Assembly: GCA_964481135.1 (NCBI GenBank)
Contig: CAYZSW010000004.1
Span: 20,110-84,109 of the forward strand
Source of the DNA: an uncultured Candidatus Saccharibacteria bacterium
GTDB lineage: Bacteria; Patescibacteriota; UBA1384; JAMDBS01; DAOVQR01
Direction of reading: 5' to 3'
Length of the DNA: 64,000 nucleotides
Below the pieces are notes generated by a model. The model made no database searches and was not told the DNA's origin. It saw nothing but the letters and a program-made list of their open reading frames with translations. The position numbers and the translations under genes were made by a program. Shown here in pieces: positions 20,010-30,174 of the stretch. Every line of letters begins with the position of its first letter. Position 1 is the first letter of the stretch.

Positions 20010-21002
20010 CTAATAACTTCCATACCCAGGTTCTAATCTTTCAACTTCTCCTACAGTTCCTATTGATCTATAGTAACCAGGGTCTTGCCCCTGCATACCG
20101 GTTTTAGAATAAGCGTTTGTTGAAACTTGATAGGTTTGTCCTGTTGAAGGCGAATGTACTGTTTCGTATCCTAGTATTGCTTCAGACCATTTTTCAGACA
20201 AATCTTTTTTGTCAGAAGAATCACTTACTGAGTTTGATGTTGAAGAAAATCCATCGTCTGGGCTTGGAGTAATTTGTGCTTGACATCTGATTGATATTGC
20301 TACGGCCGAAGGAATTGCTCCATTTTTTTCCCAGCTATCGACTGTTGTAAAACCAGTATAATAACTTAATATGTAACCATAGTCATCAACCGGGTATTTT
20401 TTGTATAATGCAATGCCTTTAATATTTTTCCCTTCTGTAGTAGATGAAAAATCACGCATTATAAAGCCACCGTCTACGGTCTTTGCGTCTTGGGAAAAAG
20501 TAAAATTTTCATTGCCTAATGCTTCCATCATTAGTTTAACAGCATTTTCTGGTTCTCCTCCCCAGCCATATAAAATAGGGGCTATAAACCATCCAGCGCC
20601 TTGGGTTTTTTCTGGGTTATATAAGTCAACTCCACGACCACTTTCATCTGATGTAATAATCCAATCTTTTGGAGTTAGTGCTTTACAGTATCCTGCTGAT
20701 TTTTGAATGAATTCAACTGGATTAAATTGATCTATTGTAGTTATTCTGGGTTTTGCAGTTTCTTCCGAAGGCTTGATTTCAAATTCAAAATTATCAACAT
20801 CATTTTCGCTAATATCGTCAAAATATTTGTATGTGTTTGAAAACCAATAAATTATACTTATTAGTGCTATTAATAAAACTAGAGGTGTTCCGATAATTAC
20901 TACTTTGCCAATTGGTTTGTTCCAAAATTCCACAAATTTATTATTTTGTTGAGGAATGTTATTTGTTTTAGTTTGATTTGGTGTTTCGTTATTATCAAAC
21001 AT
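20010..21002 (-). CDS. Membrane-anchored hypothetical protein
   Basis: 330-aa ORF, single N-terminal TM, AAGGA RBS. Confidence 0.8.
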   Translation of the reverse strand: MFDNNETPNQTKTNNIPQQNNKFVEFWNKPIGKVVIIGTPLVLLIALISIIYWFSNTYKYFDDISENDVDNFEFEIKPSEETAKPRITTIDQFNPVEFIQKSAGYCKALTPKDWIITSDESGRGVDLYNPEKTQGAGWFIAPILYGWGGEPENAVKLMMEALGNENFTFSQDAKTVDGGFIMRDFSSTTEGKNIKGIALYKKYPVDDYGYILSYYTGFTTVDSWEKNGAIPSAVAISIRCQAQITPSPDDGFSSTSNSVSDSSDKKDLSEKWSEAILGYETVHSPSTGQTYQVSTNAYSKTGMQGQDPGYYRSIGTVGEVERLEPGYGSY

Positions 21003-21025
21003 TTAATGTCCTTAAATAGTTTAAT

Positions 21026-21673
21026 TTATTTATCGCTTAAAATTTCATCAACTTTATTTTTTAAATTTTCGTATGTTGGGTTGAAATCTATTAGTTCGTT
21101 ATTAAAGAAGAATGTTGGTGTTCCAGTTAAATTCACACTTTGTGCTTTTTGCATATGTCTTTGAATTTTTGATTTTATTTCGTCTGAATTCTTATCGTTT
21201 TCAAACTGATTCATATCAAGACCAATCTTTTCTGCCGATTGTTTAATGCTTTCTGTGTCTAATTTATCAACCAAATAAAGTTTATCGTACATTTCCCATG
21301 CTTTATTTTGTTTAGCAGCTGCCTCAAAAGAAAGTGCAGCCTCCATGGCATTGGGGTGATAAGAAAGCGGGTAATGTAAATAGATAAATTTTACTTTATC
21401 TTTATATTCGTCAGTAAATTTTTTAATTTCTTCAAAATAATTTATACAGGCTGGGCATTCAAAATCAGCAATTTCAATTAAAGCTATTTGTGCATCTTCA
21501 CTTCCTTTAAAGAATTCATCTTGTTCTAAATTTTTTATTAATTCGGAATTGATTGGCTGGTTTTTATTTGTACTATCTCCTTTTATTGAACCGTTACTTT
21601 CAGAGTAGCTTTCGCAACCTGTTAAAAATGTACTAATTAATAAAATTAAAACAATATATGTGTATTTTTTCAT
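21026..21673 (-). CDS. DsbA/thioredoxin-like lipoprotein
   Basis: Lipobox LTGC, DFECPAC, GTPTFF. Confidence 0.92.
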   Translation of the reverse strand: MKKYTYIVLILLISTFLTGCESYSESNGSIKGDSTNKNQPINSELIKNLEQDEFFKGSEDAQIALIEIADFECPACINYFEEIKKFTDEYKDKVKFIYLHYPLSYHPNAMEAALSFEAAAKQNKAWEMYDKLYLVDKLDTESIKQSAEKIGLDMNQFENDKNSDEIKSKIQRHMQKAQSVNLTGTPTFFFNNELIDFNPTYENLKNKVDEILSDK

Positions 21674-21710
21674 TTTTCTCCTTTTTTTATCGTTATATTA
21701 ATTATACTAT

Positions 21711-24386
21711 TTATTTGTAATTATTTCTAATTGCTTTATCAATTTCTACGACTATGAATATTGTTGATGCTACTAATATTGTCATTGTCCATTCTCTTAA
21801 AGAAAGAGGTTGGGTTCTAAAAAGTGTTTGTAAGAATTTTGTTTGGGTTGTAAGAATAGTAAGTACAACGGAAATAATTGTCATAGGGATAATATATTTA
21901 TTATTTAAAAACTTAAGTTTTAGTAGCGAACTTGACATAGACTGAGCATTAAATACATTAAATACTTGGAATAGTATCATAGTAATAAATGCAAATGTTC
22001 GCGCTTTATCTAATTCATATCCACTATTTAAAATAAATTTATATAATGCAAGTGTGCCAATAGTCATAGTTAAAGAAACTATTATCATTCTAACAAAAGA
22101 TATATTATCTATAAAACCAGCTTTTAATCTTTTGGGATTAAGTTCTTCGATTTTTTTGTGTTTGGGTTCTACTGCCAGGGCTATAGCACCGGTAATATCA
22201 GTAATTAAATTAATCCATAATATTTGAACAGCAATTAAAGGAATTGGTAAATTAATTATTAGACTTGTGACAAGTATACACACTTCACCAATATTTGTAG
22301 ATAAAAAATAAAAAATAATTCTTCTAATGTTTAAGAACATTGTTCTGCCTTCTTCTATTGCAGCAATAATAGTAGAAAAATTATTATCAAGTAAAATAAT
22401 ATCTGATGCTTCGCGAGCCACATCTGTTCCGCCAATACCCATAGCAATACCTACATCAGCTTTTTTTAAAACTGGTGCGTCATTTACTCCGTCTCCAGTA
22501 ACACCAACAATATTTCCTTGTTTTTGCAGAGCTTTAGCAATTTTATATTTTGTCTCGGGAGTAATACGAGCAAATACAGAAACATCTTTAACAACACTAA
22601 GTAGTTGGGCTTCGTTTAATTTTTCAATTTCTTGTCCTGTTAATATTTTGTCTCCTTTTTTGGCAATATGTGTTTTTATAGCAATAGCTAAAGCGGTTTC
22701 AGGATGATCACCGGTAATCATAATTGGTCTAATTCCAGATTTCAAACATTTTTGAATAGCAACAATCGCATCTTTTTTAGGAGGATCTTCAAGACAGGTA
22801 AATCCAAGATAAGTAAGGTTTGAAATATTGTTTTCTTGAATTCTTTTTTGTGAATAATTATCAAACTTAGCAAAACCAAGTATTCGATAGGCGTTTTTTG
22901 CTTCATAAATAAATTTTTGTTCTATTTCTTTTTTAATTTGACTGGTTAATTTTAATTTTTTTCCGTTTGATAAGTAAAAAGAACACATATTTAGAATTAT
23001 TTCAATTTTTCCTTTTACAGCCAGTAAATTCCCTTTTGAAGTTTTGTGCAAGGTTGCCATATAACCCTTATCAGAAGAAAACTGTATTTCATCGATTCTA
23101 GGATAATTTTTATTTAATTCATCTTTATTAATTTGAGCTTTTTGAGAAGTAACTAGTAGTGATCCTTCAGTGGGGTCGCCTTGGATTTGCCATTGATTTT
23201 CTTTTAAATAAACCGAGGCATCATTACATAGAGTAGATATTTTTAGCAGGGTAGCTAGATCAATATTTTTGTTAAAATCAATTTTTTTATTGTTAATATA
23301 AAAATTTCCTTTAGGTTCATATCCTTCACCATCAATATCAACAATATTTGTATTTGATAAATAAATTTTTTTTAAAGACATTTCATTTAGTGTAAGAGTT
23401 CCAGTTTTATCAGATGCAATTACATTAATACTGCCTAGTGTTTCAATTGCTTGCATTTTTCTAATTAAAGCTTTTCTTTTTACCATTCTGTTAACACCGA
23501 TTGCAAGTACTATAGTAATCATTGCTGGAAGCCCTTCTGGAATAGCAGAAACCCCAGCTGAAACAGTTGTAAAAAACATTTCTATTGCTGTTTGTTCTCG
23601 CCAAATACCAAGAGCAAAAATCATTAAACACACCAAACCAACAATATATAAAATAACTTTTCCCAAGGAATCCATTTTTTTGTTTAATGGGGAAACTTCT
23701 TCTTTAGTTGTTGCAACTTGCTTTGCAATTTTTCCAATTTCAGTGTTTTCGCCCGTGGTAACAACAATACCTAGTCCTTTTCCGGAACTAACAATGGTTG
23801 ATGAATATACCATATTTTTTCTATCCGCTAAAGTTGTTTCAGTAGGAAGTTTTTCAATATTTTTTCTTACTGTGGTTGATTCGCCTGTAAATATAGATTC
23901 ATCAACAGATAATTCATCAGATTTAATAAGTCGAATATCAGCAGGTATTTTTTGACCAGTATTAATAACTACAATATCTCCAATAACTAATTCTTTAGCA
24001 TCTATTTCGGTTTCTTTATTTTCGCGAATTACTAAACACTTGTAAGTAAAAAGTTTTTTTATTGCTTCTAGCGATTTTTCTGCTTTAAGTTCTTGTATGA
24101 ACCCAACTAGAGTATTAATAATTACTACTGCTCCTACAACTGCCGAATCAATGTATTTTTGTAAAAATAAAGTTACAATAACTACTACTAAAAGAATATA
24201 AATTAAAGGACTTTTAAATTGTTTAAGAAATATTTTCAGTGGCGTCACAGAGCTTTTTTGATTAATATCATTTGCACCATATTTTTTATATCTTAAAACT
24301 GCTTCTTTTTTACTAAGACCTTGTAAATTTACATTAAATTTTTTTTGTATTTCACCTATATCAAGATTATGCCAATTATTTTGCAT
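21711..24386 (-). CDS. P-type cation (Ca2+-like) transporting ATPase
   Basis: TGES, PEGL, DKTGTLT, GDGVND motifs. Confidence 0.96.
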   Translation of the reverse strand: MQNNWHNLDIGEIQKKFNVNLQGLSKKEAVLRYKKYGANDINQKSSVTPLKIFLKQFKSPLIYILLVVVIVTLFLQKYIDSAVVGAVVIINTLVGFIQELKAEKSLEAIKKLFTYKCLVIRENKETEIDAKELVIGDIVVINTGQKIPADIRLIKSDELSVDESIFTGESTTVRKNIEKLPTETTLADRKNMVYSSTIVSSGKGLGIVVTTGENTEIGKIAKQVATTKEEVSPLNKKMDSLGKVILYIVGLVCLMIFALGIWREQTAIEMFFTTVSAGVSAIPEGLPAMITIVLAIGVNRMVKRKALIRKMQAIETLGSINVIASDKTGTLTLNEMSLKKIYLSNTNIVDIDGEGYEPKGNFYINNKKIDFNKNIDLATLLKISTLCNDASVYLKENQWQIQGDPTEGSLLVTSQKAQINKDELNKNYPRIDEIQFSSDKGYMATLHKTSKGNLLAVKGKIEIILNMCSFYLSNGKKLKLTSQIKKEIEQKFIYEAKNAYRILGFAKFDNYSQKRIQENNISNLTYLGFTCLEDPPKKDAIVAIQKCLKSGIRPIMITGDHPETALAIAIKTHIAKKGDKILTGQEIEKLNEAQLLSVVKDVSVFARITPETKYKIAKALQKQGNIVGVTGDGVNDAPVLKKADVGIAMGIGGTDVAREASDIILLDNNFSTIIAAIEEGRTMFLNIRRIIFYFLSTNIGEVCILVTSLIINLPIPLIAVQILWINLITDITGAIALAVEPKHKKIEELNPKRLKAGFIDNISFVRMIIVSLTMTIGTLALYKFILNSGYELDKARTFAFITMILFQVFNVFNAQSMSSSLLKLKFLNNKYIIPMTIISVVLTILTTQTKFLQTLFRTQPLSLREWTMTILVASTIFIVVEIDKAIRNNYK

Positions 24387-24408
24387 TTTACCTCTTTATT
24401 TTATGGTT

Positions 24409-25149
24409 TTAAATAAATTTAACCAGATACATTATTAGTATTCCTACAATAAAAAAGCTAAAACTTACAATTGATTTAACTAAAGATTTTTCTTTGCGAA
24501 TTTCTGGAATTAAATCTGAAGCTGCAATATAAATAAACCCTCCTGCAGCAATTGGTAAAAGATATAATTCAATATTTTCGGAATATTCTATTAAATAATA
24601 ACCAACTATACCGCCGGTTAATGCTGTTAGAGCTGTTAGAAAATTAAAAAAAAGTGCTTTAGTTTTTGTATATCCTGAGAATAATAGAACTCCAAAATCG
24701 CCAATTTCTTGAGGAATTTCATGTAATGCTATAGCAATTGTTGTACTAATTCCAAGCGCTGGGTTAACCATAAATCCTGTAGCAATTATTAGTCCATCAA
24801 TAAAATTGTGCACAGCGTCTCCAATTAAATTCATTGTTCCAAAAGTATGTACTTCGCATTTTTCTTTATGACAATGTCTCCAATGAAGAACTTTTTCAAT
24901 TATAAAAAATATTATAAATGCAATCAAAGTCCAAGTAAAAATATTTATATTACTTTCTTCTGCTTTTTCTTGTGCTTCTGGTAATAAATGCAAAAATGCA
25001 CCTCCCATAAGAGCGCCAGATGAAAGCCCAACTAAAACAATCAACATTTTTTGAACTAATTTATCTTTTAAAGATAGTGTAAAGATTCCTATTAGAGATA
25101 TTACGCTTATTGCAAGCGTTGCTAAAATAATCTGAAGAAGTATATTCAT
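24409..25149 (-). CDS. ZIP family metal transporter
   Basis: HNFIDG and HEIPQEIGD motifs. Confidence 0.95.
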   Translation of the reverse strand: MNILLQIILATLAISVISLIGIFTLSLKDKLVQKMLIVLVGLSSGALMGGAFLHLLPEAQEKAEESNINIFTWTLIAFIIFFIIEKVLHWRHCHKEKCEVHTFGTMNLIGDAVHNFIDGLIIATGFMVNPALGISTTIAIALHEIPQEIGDFGVLLFSGYTKTKALFFNFLTALTALTGGIVGYYLIEYSENIELYLLPIAAGGFIYIAASDLIPEIRKEKSLVKSIVSFSFFIVGILIMYLVKFI

Positions 25150-25334
25150 AAATTTCCTTTCTTTTTCTATATCATATCAAAAATCTAGAAAAATAATAAA
25201 TTTTGATTTTATAGAGATGTTAGAATATTTTTAATAATGCGTTATTGATTGACTTTAGTACAAATATTGTGTATGATATTCTAGTTATTAATAAAATCGA
25301 CAATAACAAGGGAATACCCTTTTTTTATTTTATC

Positions 25335-25495
25335 ACCCTTCGCCAAAAAACCCTGTGGTCTTAAGTCACAGGAATGAATGGCGAAAGGATGATGCCCCGA
25401 AGCTTTAGCGAAGGGGAAGTTGATCGAAGGCTACGGGTGATGAATTTAAAATAATCCCTAGATACCCTGTGGTCTTAAGCCACAGGGAAATTCAT
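25335..25495. mobile_element. Non-autonomous IS200/IS605-like mini-element with nested palindromes
   Basis: Two CCCTGTGGTCTTAAGYCACAGG hairpins, the second followed by TTCA; no ORF between them. Confidence 0.55.
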
Positions 25496-25509
25496 TTTAA
25501 AGATTAAAT

Positions 25510-27327
25510 ATGATTAAAAATGTTGCAATTATTGCTCATGTTGACCATGGTAAAACCACACTTGTTGATGGTTTATTAAAGCAATCACAAACTTTTCGTG
25601 ATAACGAGGCAGAAATGAGTCAAGAACTAATTATGGATTCTTTTGACCAGGAGCGTGAAAGGGGAATAACGATTTTAGCTAAAAACACTGCGATAAATTA
25701 TAAAGGTATAAAAATAAACATTATTGACACACCAGGTCACGCGGATTTCGGCGGTGAAGTTGAAAGAACTTTAAATATGGCCGATGGGGCAATTCTAGTT
25801 GTTGATGCTCAGGAAGGTCCTATGCCTCAAACTAGATTTGTACTTAAAAAAGCGCTAGAAATGGGGTTAAAAATTATTGTTGTAATAAATAAGATAGATA
25901 AAAAAAACGCACAAATTGATACTGTTTTAAATGAGATATCAGATTTATTTTTAGATTTAGCACAAGATGAGTCGCAACTTGATTTTCCAGTTTTTTATGC
26001 AATTGGAAGAGAAGGTAAGTCATGGGTAGATATGCCAGAGGATATAACCCAGAAATCAGATTTAACACAAATATTTGAAGCTATTATTAAATATATTCCA
26101 GAATCTATTTCCAATAAAGATGCTAGTTTCCAAATGCTTGTATCTGCTCTAGATTGGGATGATTATAAGGGTAAATATGCAATTGGTAGAATTAAAAAAG
26201 GTTTAGCTAAGCCAGGAGCACAGGTTTGTTTAATGCAAAATAATGCAATCAAAGAATCAGGAAGAATTGATAAAGTTTTTATTAACACTGGACTTAAAAG
26301 AATTGAAGAAAAAGTTGCCGTTTCTGGCGATATAGTTGCTATTACAGGGCTAAAAAATGTATCAATCGGAGATACTATTTCTGATAAAAATAATCCTGAA
26401 TCATTAGAAGGAATAAAAATCGAAGAACCAACATTAAAAATTTCAATATCTGCAAATACTTCTCCGTTTGCCGGGCAAGAAGGTCAATTTGTAACTGGCA
26501 GACAAATATTAGACAGAATAAAAAAAGAATTAGAAACAAATGTTTCTATGAGATTAGAAATAAATAACGATGGTGAATATGTACTTTCTGGCAGAGGTGA
26601 ATTACATTTAACAGTATTTGTAGAAACTTTAAGACGCGAAGGATATGAATTGCAACTTGGTAAACCTCAAGTTGTAACAAAATTAATTGACGGAGTTATT
26701 TATGAACCGATCGAAGAATTAATAGTTGAATCAGAGAATGCTTATACAAATAATATAATAACTGAGATTACTCGTAGAAAAGGAATTTTACTTTTACAAA
26801 AAGATTTAAACAATGGAAATACTTTTTTAAAATTTGAAATATCTACTCGTGGTTTAATTGGTTTCAGAAATAAACTTCTTACTTTATCAAAAGGAACTGC
26901 AGTTGCTAATTCAATGTTTTTAAACTTTTCTCCAAAAACCAACAATTTATCTAAGATGAGAAATGGAGTTTTAGTTGCATCAGATTCTGGTAAAGCTGTT
27001 ACATATGGATTAAATAATGCTCAAAGTAGAGGAATTACATTTATCGAGCCACAAACACAAGTTTACGAAGGAATGATCGTTGGTTTAGGCTCTAGAAATA
27101 ATGATTTAGATATTAATGTAACAAAAGAAAAAAAATTAACAAATATTAGATCATCTAATTCTGATATATCTGTGATATTAACACCGGCTACACAATTGTC
27201 GCTAGAACAATCAATAGAATTTTTAGAAGATGACGAACTTTTAGAAGTTACTCCAAAAAACTTAAGATTAAGAAAAAAAATTCTAGATAAATCTCTTCGA
27301 GCTAAATCTAAAAATAAAGTTAACTAA
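25510..27327 (+). CDS. typA: Translational GTPase TypA/BipA
   Basis: AHVDHGKTT, ERGITILAKN, GRGELHL, ELLEVTP. Confidence 0.97.
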   Translation: MIKNVAIIAHVDHGKTTLVDGLLKQSQTFRDNEAEMSQELIMDSFDQERERGITILAKNTAINYKGIKINIIDTPGHADFGGEVERTLNMADGAILVVDAQEGPMPQTRFVLKKALEMGLKIIVVINKIDKKNAQIDTVLNEISDLFLDLAQDESQLDFPVFYAIGREGKSWVDMPEDITQKSDLTQIFEAIIKYIPESISNKDASFQMLVSALDWDDYKGKYAIGRIKKGLAKPGAQVCLMQNNAIKESGRIDKVFINTGLKRIEEKVAVSGDIVAITGLKNVSIGDTISDKNNPESLEGIKIEEPTLKISISANTSPFAGQEGQFVTGRQILDRIKKELETNVSMRLEINNDGEYVLSGRGELHLTVFVETLRREGYELQLGKPQVVTKLIDGVIYEPIEELIVESENAYTNNIITEITRRKGILLLQKDLNNGNTFLKFEISTRGLIGFRNKLLTLSKGTAVANSMFLNFSPKTNNLSKMRNGVLVASDSGKAVTYGLNNAQSRGITFIEPQTQVYEGMIVGLGSRNNDLDINVTKEKKLTNIRSSNSDISVILTPATQLSLEQSIEFLEDDELLEVTPKNLRLRKKILDKSLRAKSKNKVN

Positions 27328-27394
27328 CTTTGATTTATATATTTTAATAAATGTATTTAAAAATTTGTTGAAGTAAAATTAATAAAATTTAATC

Positions 27395-27508
27395 TCCCTC
27401 CGCGGAACTCCTCGACCGCCAGCCTTGCCTGCCTTGTCGACCTTGTCGGCAGACAGGTCGGTTCACCTCGCGAAGCGGGCAGACATGTAAAGTCGTGGGA
27501 TCTTCAAT
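27395..27508. repeat. Nested palindromic element cluster
   Basis: CTCCTCGAC...GTCGTGGGATCTTCAA interrupted by CCTTGTCGGCAGACAGG-type units. Confidence 0.6.
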
Positions 27509-27521
27509 AATATCTATAAAA

Positions 27522-27549
27522 AAAATCAGCCTAATTAAAAGCTGATTTT
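27522..27549. terminator. Bidirectional intrinsic terminator
   Basis: AAAATCAGC-N-GCTGATTTT between convergent genes. Confidence 0.6.
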
Positions 27550-27554
27550 GAAAT

Positions 27555-27827
27555 TTATTTTGCTGAAATTTTTAAAAAATTTACATATTTTTGAATTTGT
27601 TTTTTTATTTGAAAGCCGTTCGCCGTTACAAGAAGAAAATATTTAGTTCCTTCGGTGTCCTCGGCGAGAAAAATTAATTCTTTGTCGCTTTTTGCTATTT
27701 CGTCTATAATCCAATCTGTTTCTGCGACTTTTGTGATTTGAATATTATCTTTCTCACATTTTTTCAGGAAAGGGACCAAAATTTCTTCTTCGTAGATCTT
27801 TTCGGCTTCCTCCCATGTCATACTCAT
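27555..27827 (-). CDS. Small hypothetical protein
   Basis: Strong RBS AAGGAGGTG before ATG at 27827. Confidence 0.65.
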   Translation of the reverse strand: MSMTWEEAEKIYEEEILVPFLKKCEKDNIQITKVAETDWIIDEIAKSDKELIFLAEDTEGTKYFLLVTANGFQIKKQIQKYVNFLKISAK

Positions 27828-27934
27828 TTTTTCCACCTCCTTATAAATTTTTTTTCAATAATGAGATTGCGTTTTTTGGTATTATTAATAATCCCAATAT
27901 CCTTGTGCTTCTATGGTTGATTCCTTAAGTTTTT

Positions 27935-28459
27935 TTATGAAATTTTAATTTTTGCTTTTTCCAGGTTATTTGAGAAACGTCCCCGATAGGGATACATTAC
28001 TTTTTCCATAGGTTGAATTTTAATGCCGTGGTGTATTCTAATTCTGCTTGTTTTTTTATAACCTAGTTTTGTATAAAAACTAACTGCAAACAAAGAGGAT
28101 TTTATTTTTATTTTTCTAGATCCTATTTTTTTGGCTTCATTTTCAAATTTTTTTATCAAATTTCTGCCAAAACCTCTATTGTGGTATTCGCCTAATATAA
28201 ATAAATTTGTAAGTTTATTTTTATTCCCCCTAACTATTCCAATAACTTTTTCGTTATCTATGGCTACAAATAATATTGGACTTTCAGAAAAAATCTCTTC
28301 CAATTTTTTAATATTTTCTCTGTCTGTATTATAAAAATTGATATAATCATCAATTCCTTTTTTACTACTTTCTTTGATATTAAATTTTAAAAAAGTATTT
28401 CTAATTAAAGAAGCAACTTTTTTAGTATCAGAAACCTTAAATTTTCTTATTTTAGTCAT
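27935..28459 (-). CDS. GNAT N-acetyltransferase
   Basis: LFI..EYHNRGFGRNL and AVSFYTKLGY motifs; likely ATG at 28459. Confidence 0.88.
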   Translation of the reverse strand: MTKIRKFKVSDTKKVASLIRNTFLKFNIKESSKKGIDDYINFYNTDRENIKKLEEIFSESPILFVAIDNEKVIGIVRGNKNKLTNLFILGEYHNRGFGRNLIKKFENEAKKIGSRKIKIKSSLFAVSFYTKLGYKKTSRIRIHHGIKIQPMEKVMYPYRGRFSNNLEKAKIKIS

Positions 28460-28736
28460 TTTATCTATTTTCATATTTAATATGTTCATTAATATATATT
28501 TTACAATAAACCACAAAGTGATAAATGTTTTTTATTAATAATGGATGTTGAACTTAGCTTACCAAAAATACTAAAGAAATCAATGTGGTTTCTTGACTGG
28601 GCACACCGATAATAAATTAATTTTAATAATTAATAAAAAACAGCTCTATCTCGCGACAAACTTTGCTGACCTCTTGGCCTGTTTCGATTCTCAACAGGTT
28701 CGAATTTCGAGTCTGTTGAGAAAGTTTATCGAGAAA

Positions 28737-28853
28737 TGGAGTTGAGGGGAGATAAGCACTTTTCTAAAAACCACTCGGTTTTTAGTATTTTCCTCTACGG
28801 TAAAACAACTGTTTTCTCCGCCTAGTCTCGGCGAGACTGGCCGACCCCTTTCC
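28737..28853 (-). pseudogene. Decayed copy of tmRNA-like (or Ala-like) 3' end with T-loop insertion
   Basis: TGGAGTTGAGGGGAG..[~90 bp]..ACCCCTTTCC versus TGGAGCTGAGGGGAGTTGCACCCCTGTCC at 28921. Confidence 0.65.
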
Positions 28854-28917
28854 TCGGTGCAACTCTCCTAAATTCCCACAAACAACAAATACCCAGCAAA
28901 ACTGAGTATTTCTTGTT

Positions 28918-29274
28918 TGGTGGAGCTGAGGGGAGTTGCACCCCTGTCCAAACATTCTAATATTTAATCCTTACCGAAAGATTTATCTGCCTTAGGCAGA
29001 AAATGTCTTAGTTTGTCTTTGAATCGGTTACCAAGACAATCTTACCGAATCGCAATCTGATTTATAGCGCCCAGTATTATCAGTCAGATTCCAATAAAGT
29101 GGACGGCCTTAGAATTTAAGCTAAAGCAAGAGAAGGAGTTAAAGACGCAAAAGCGTTTTTTACCTTCTGTACTAAGTTTGCACTTAGAAAGTGTTAATTT
29201 TTTAGCGAGAATTTAACAATCTCGTCTTTCAGATTAAATATTTTAAAAATGCCTGTCGAAGCTAATACAGCCCC
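28918..29274 (-). ncRNA. ssrA: tmRNA
   Basis: 5' GGGGCTG..TTCGAC, 3' CAGCTCCACCA with G3-U70; tag ANLVQKVKNAFASLTPSLALA*; smpB nearby. Confidence 0.95.
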
Positions 29275-29320
29275 GCCCGCGACGCCTCGCGTTACTCGTT
29301 GACGCGTGGCGGGCGTGGCC
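29275..29320. repeat. GC-rich palindrome abutting the tmRNA 5' end
   Basis: GCCCGC GACGC...GCGT GGCGGGC. Confidence 0.7.
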
Positions 29321-29575
29321 CATTAGTTTTGAAGAAGTTTTTGTTTCTTTCTTTTAGATATTTTCTTCCAAATCCAGTTTTAAAATATTTTTCTCTATGG
29401 TATGCATCGGTTTCGTTTAAACAAATTTCACAATATATTAGCTTAATTGGTAGCCTGTTTTTAGTTGCATTGATTTTTCCAAGTCTATGCTCAGACAGTC
29501 TTTTTTAATGTTATTGGTGCAACCAACATATAATTTATTGTCTTTTTGACTCAATAATATATATGTATAGAACAT
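29292..29575 (-). pseudogene. Small GIY-YIG nuclease, frameshifted
   Basis: MFYTYILLSQKDNKLYVGCTNNIKK / RLSEHRLG..TKNRLP..E..DAYHREKYFK; one base missing in the A6 run at 29501-29506. Confidence 0.85.
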
Positions 29576-29638
29576 AAATACATTATAGCATTAATATCAT
29601 ATTTTACACATTTTGTCAATTTAGCTATAATTACAAAT

Positions 29639-30157
29639 ATGTTAATTATTTACATCATAATTTTAATTATTGGGTTTTGTGCGTTATTTTATGCAGTTTC
29701 ACAATTAATTTCGATTATTTTTGGTGCTCAATATGTAAAAACACCCCATGAAATAATTAAAAAAGCAATTGAATTGTCTAATATTAAAAGAGGGGAGAAT
29801 TTTTATGATATAGGTTGTGGATCTGGCAGGATTTTAAAATTTGTGGCAGATAATTACGATGTTAATGCAATTGGAGTGGAGATTTCCCCGCTCCAATATT
29901 TAAAGGCCAGAATTCTAACAATAGACAATAAAAATATAAAAATTATCCATAAAAATATTAATTTAGTGAGTTTAAAAAATGCAGATGTTGTTTTTTGTTA
30001 TCTTTTGCCACCTCTTATGAAAAAAATGGAAAAAAAGTTTGCTCAGGAATTAAAAAAAGGAAGTCGAGTTATTTCGCATAGTTTTCCACTTCCCAACAAA
30101 AAACCATCTAAAACAGAGCAAGTAATTAATCATACCTTGTATTTATATAAGTACTAA
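29639..30157 (+). CDS. Class I SAM-dependent methyltransferase with N-terminal TM
   Basis: YDIGCGSGR, GVEISP, DVVFCYL. Confidence 0.9.
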   Translation: MLIIYIIILIIGFCALFYAVSQLISIIFGAQYVKTPHEIIKKAIELSNIKRGENFYDIGCGSGRILKFVADNYDVNAIGVEISPLQYLKARILTIDNKNIKIIHKNINLVSLKNADVVFCYLLPPLMKKMEKKFAQELKKGSRVISHSFPLPNKKPSKTEQVINHTLYLYKY

Positions 30158-30174
30158 TAAGTTATAATTATAAA

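Noticed and set aside
29299-29508. 69-aa + strand ORF
   Set aside because: Antisense shadow of the frameshifted GIY-YIG gene
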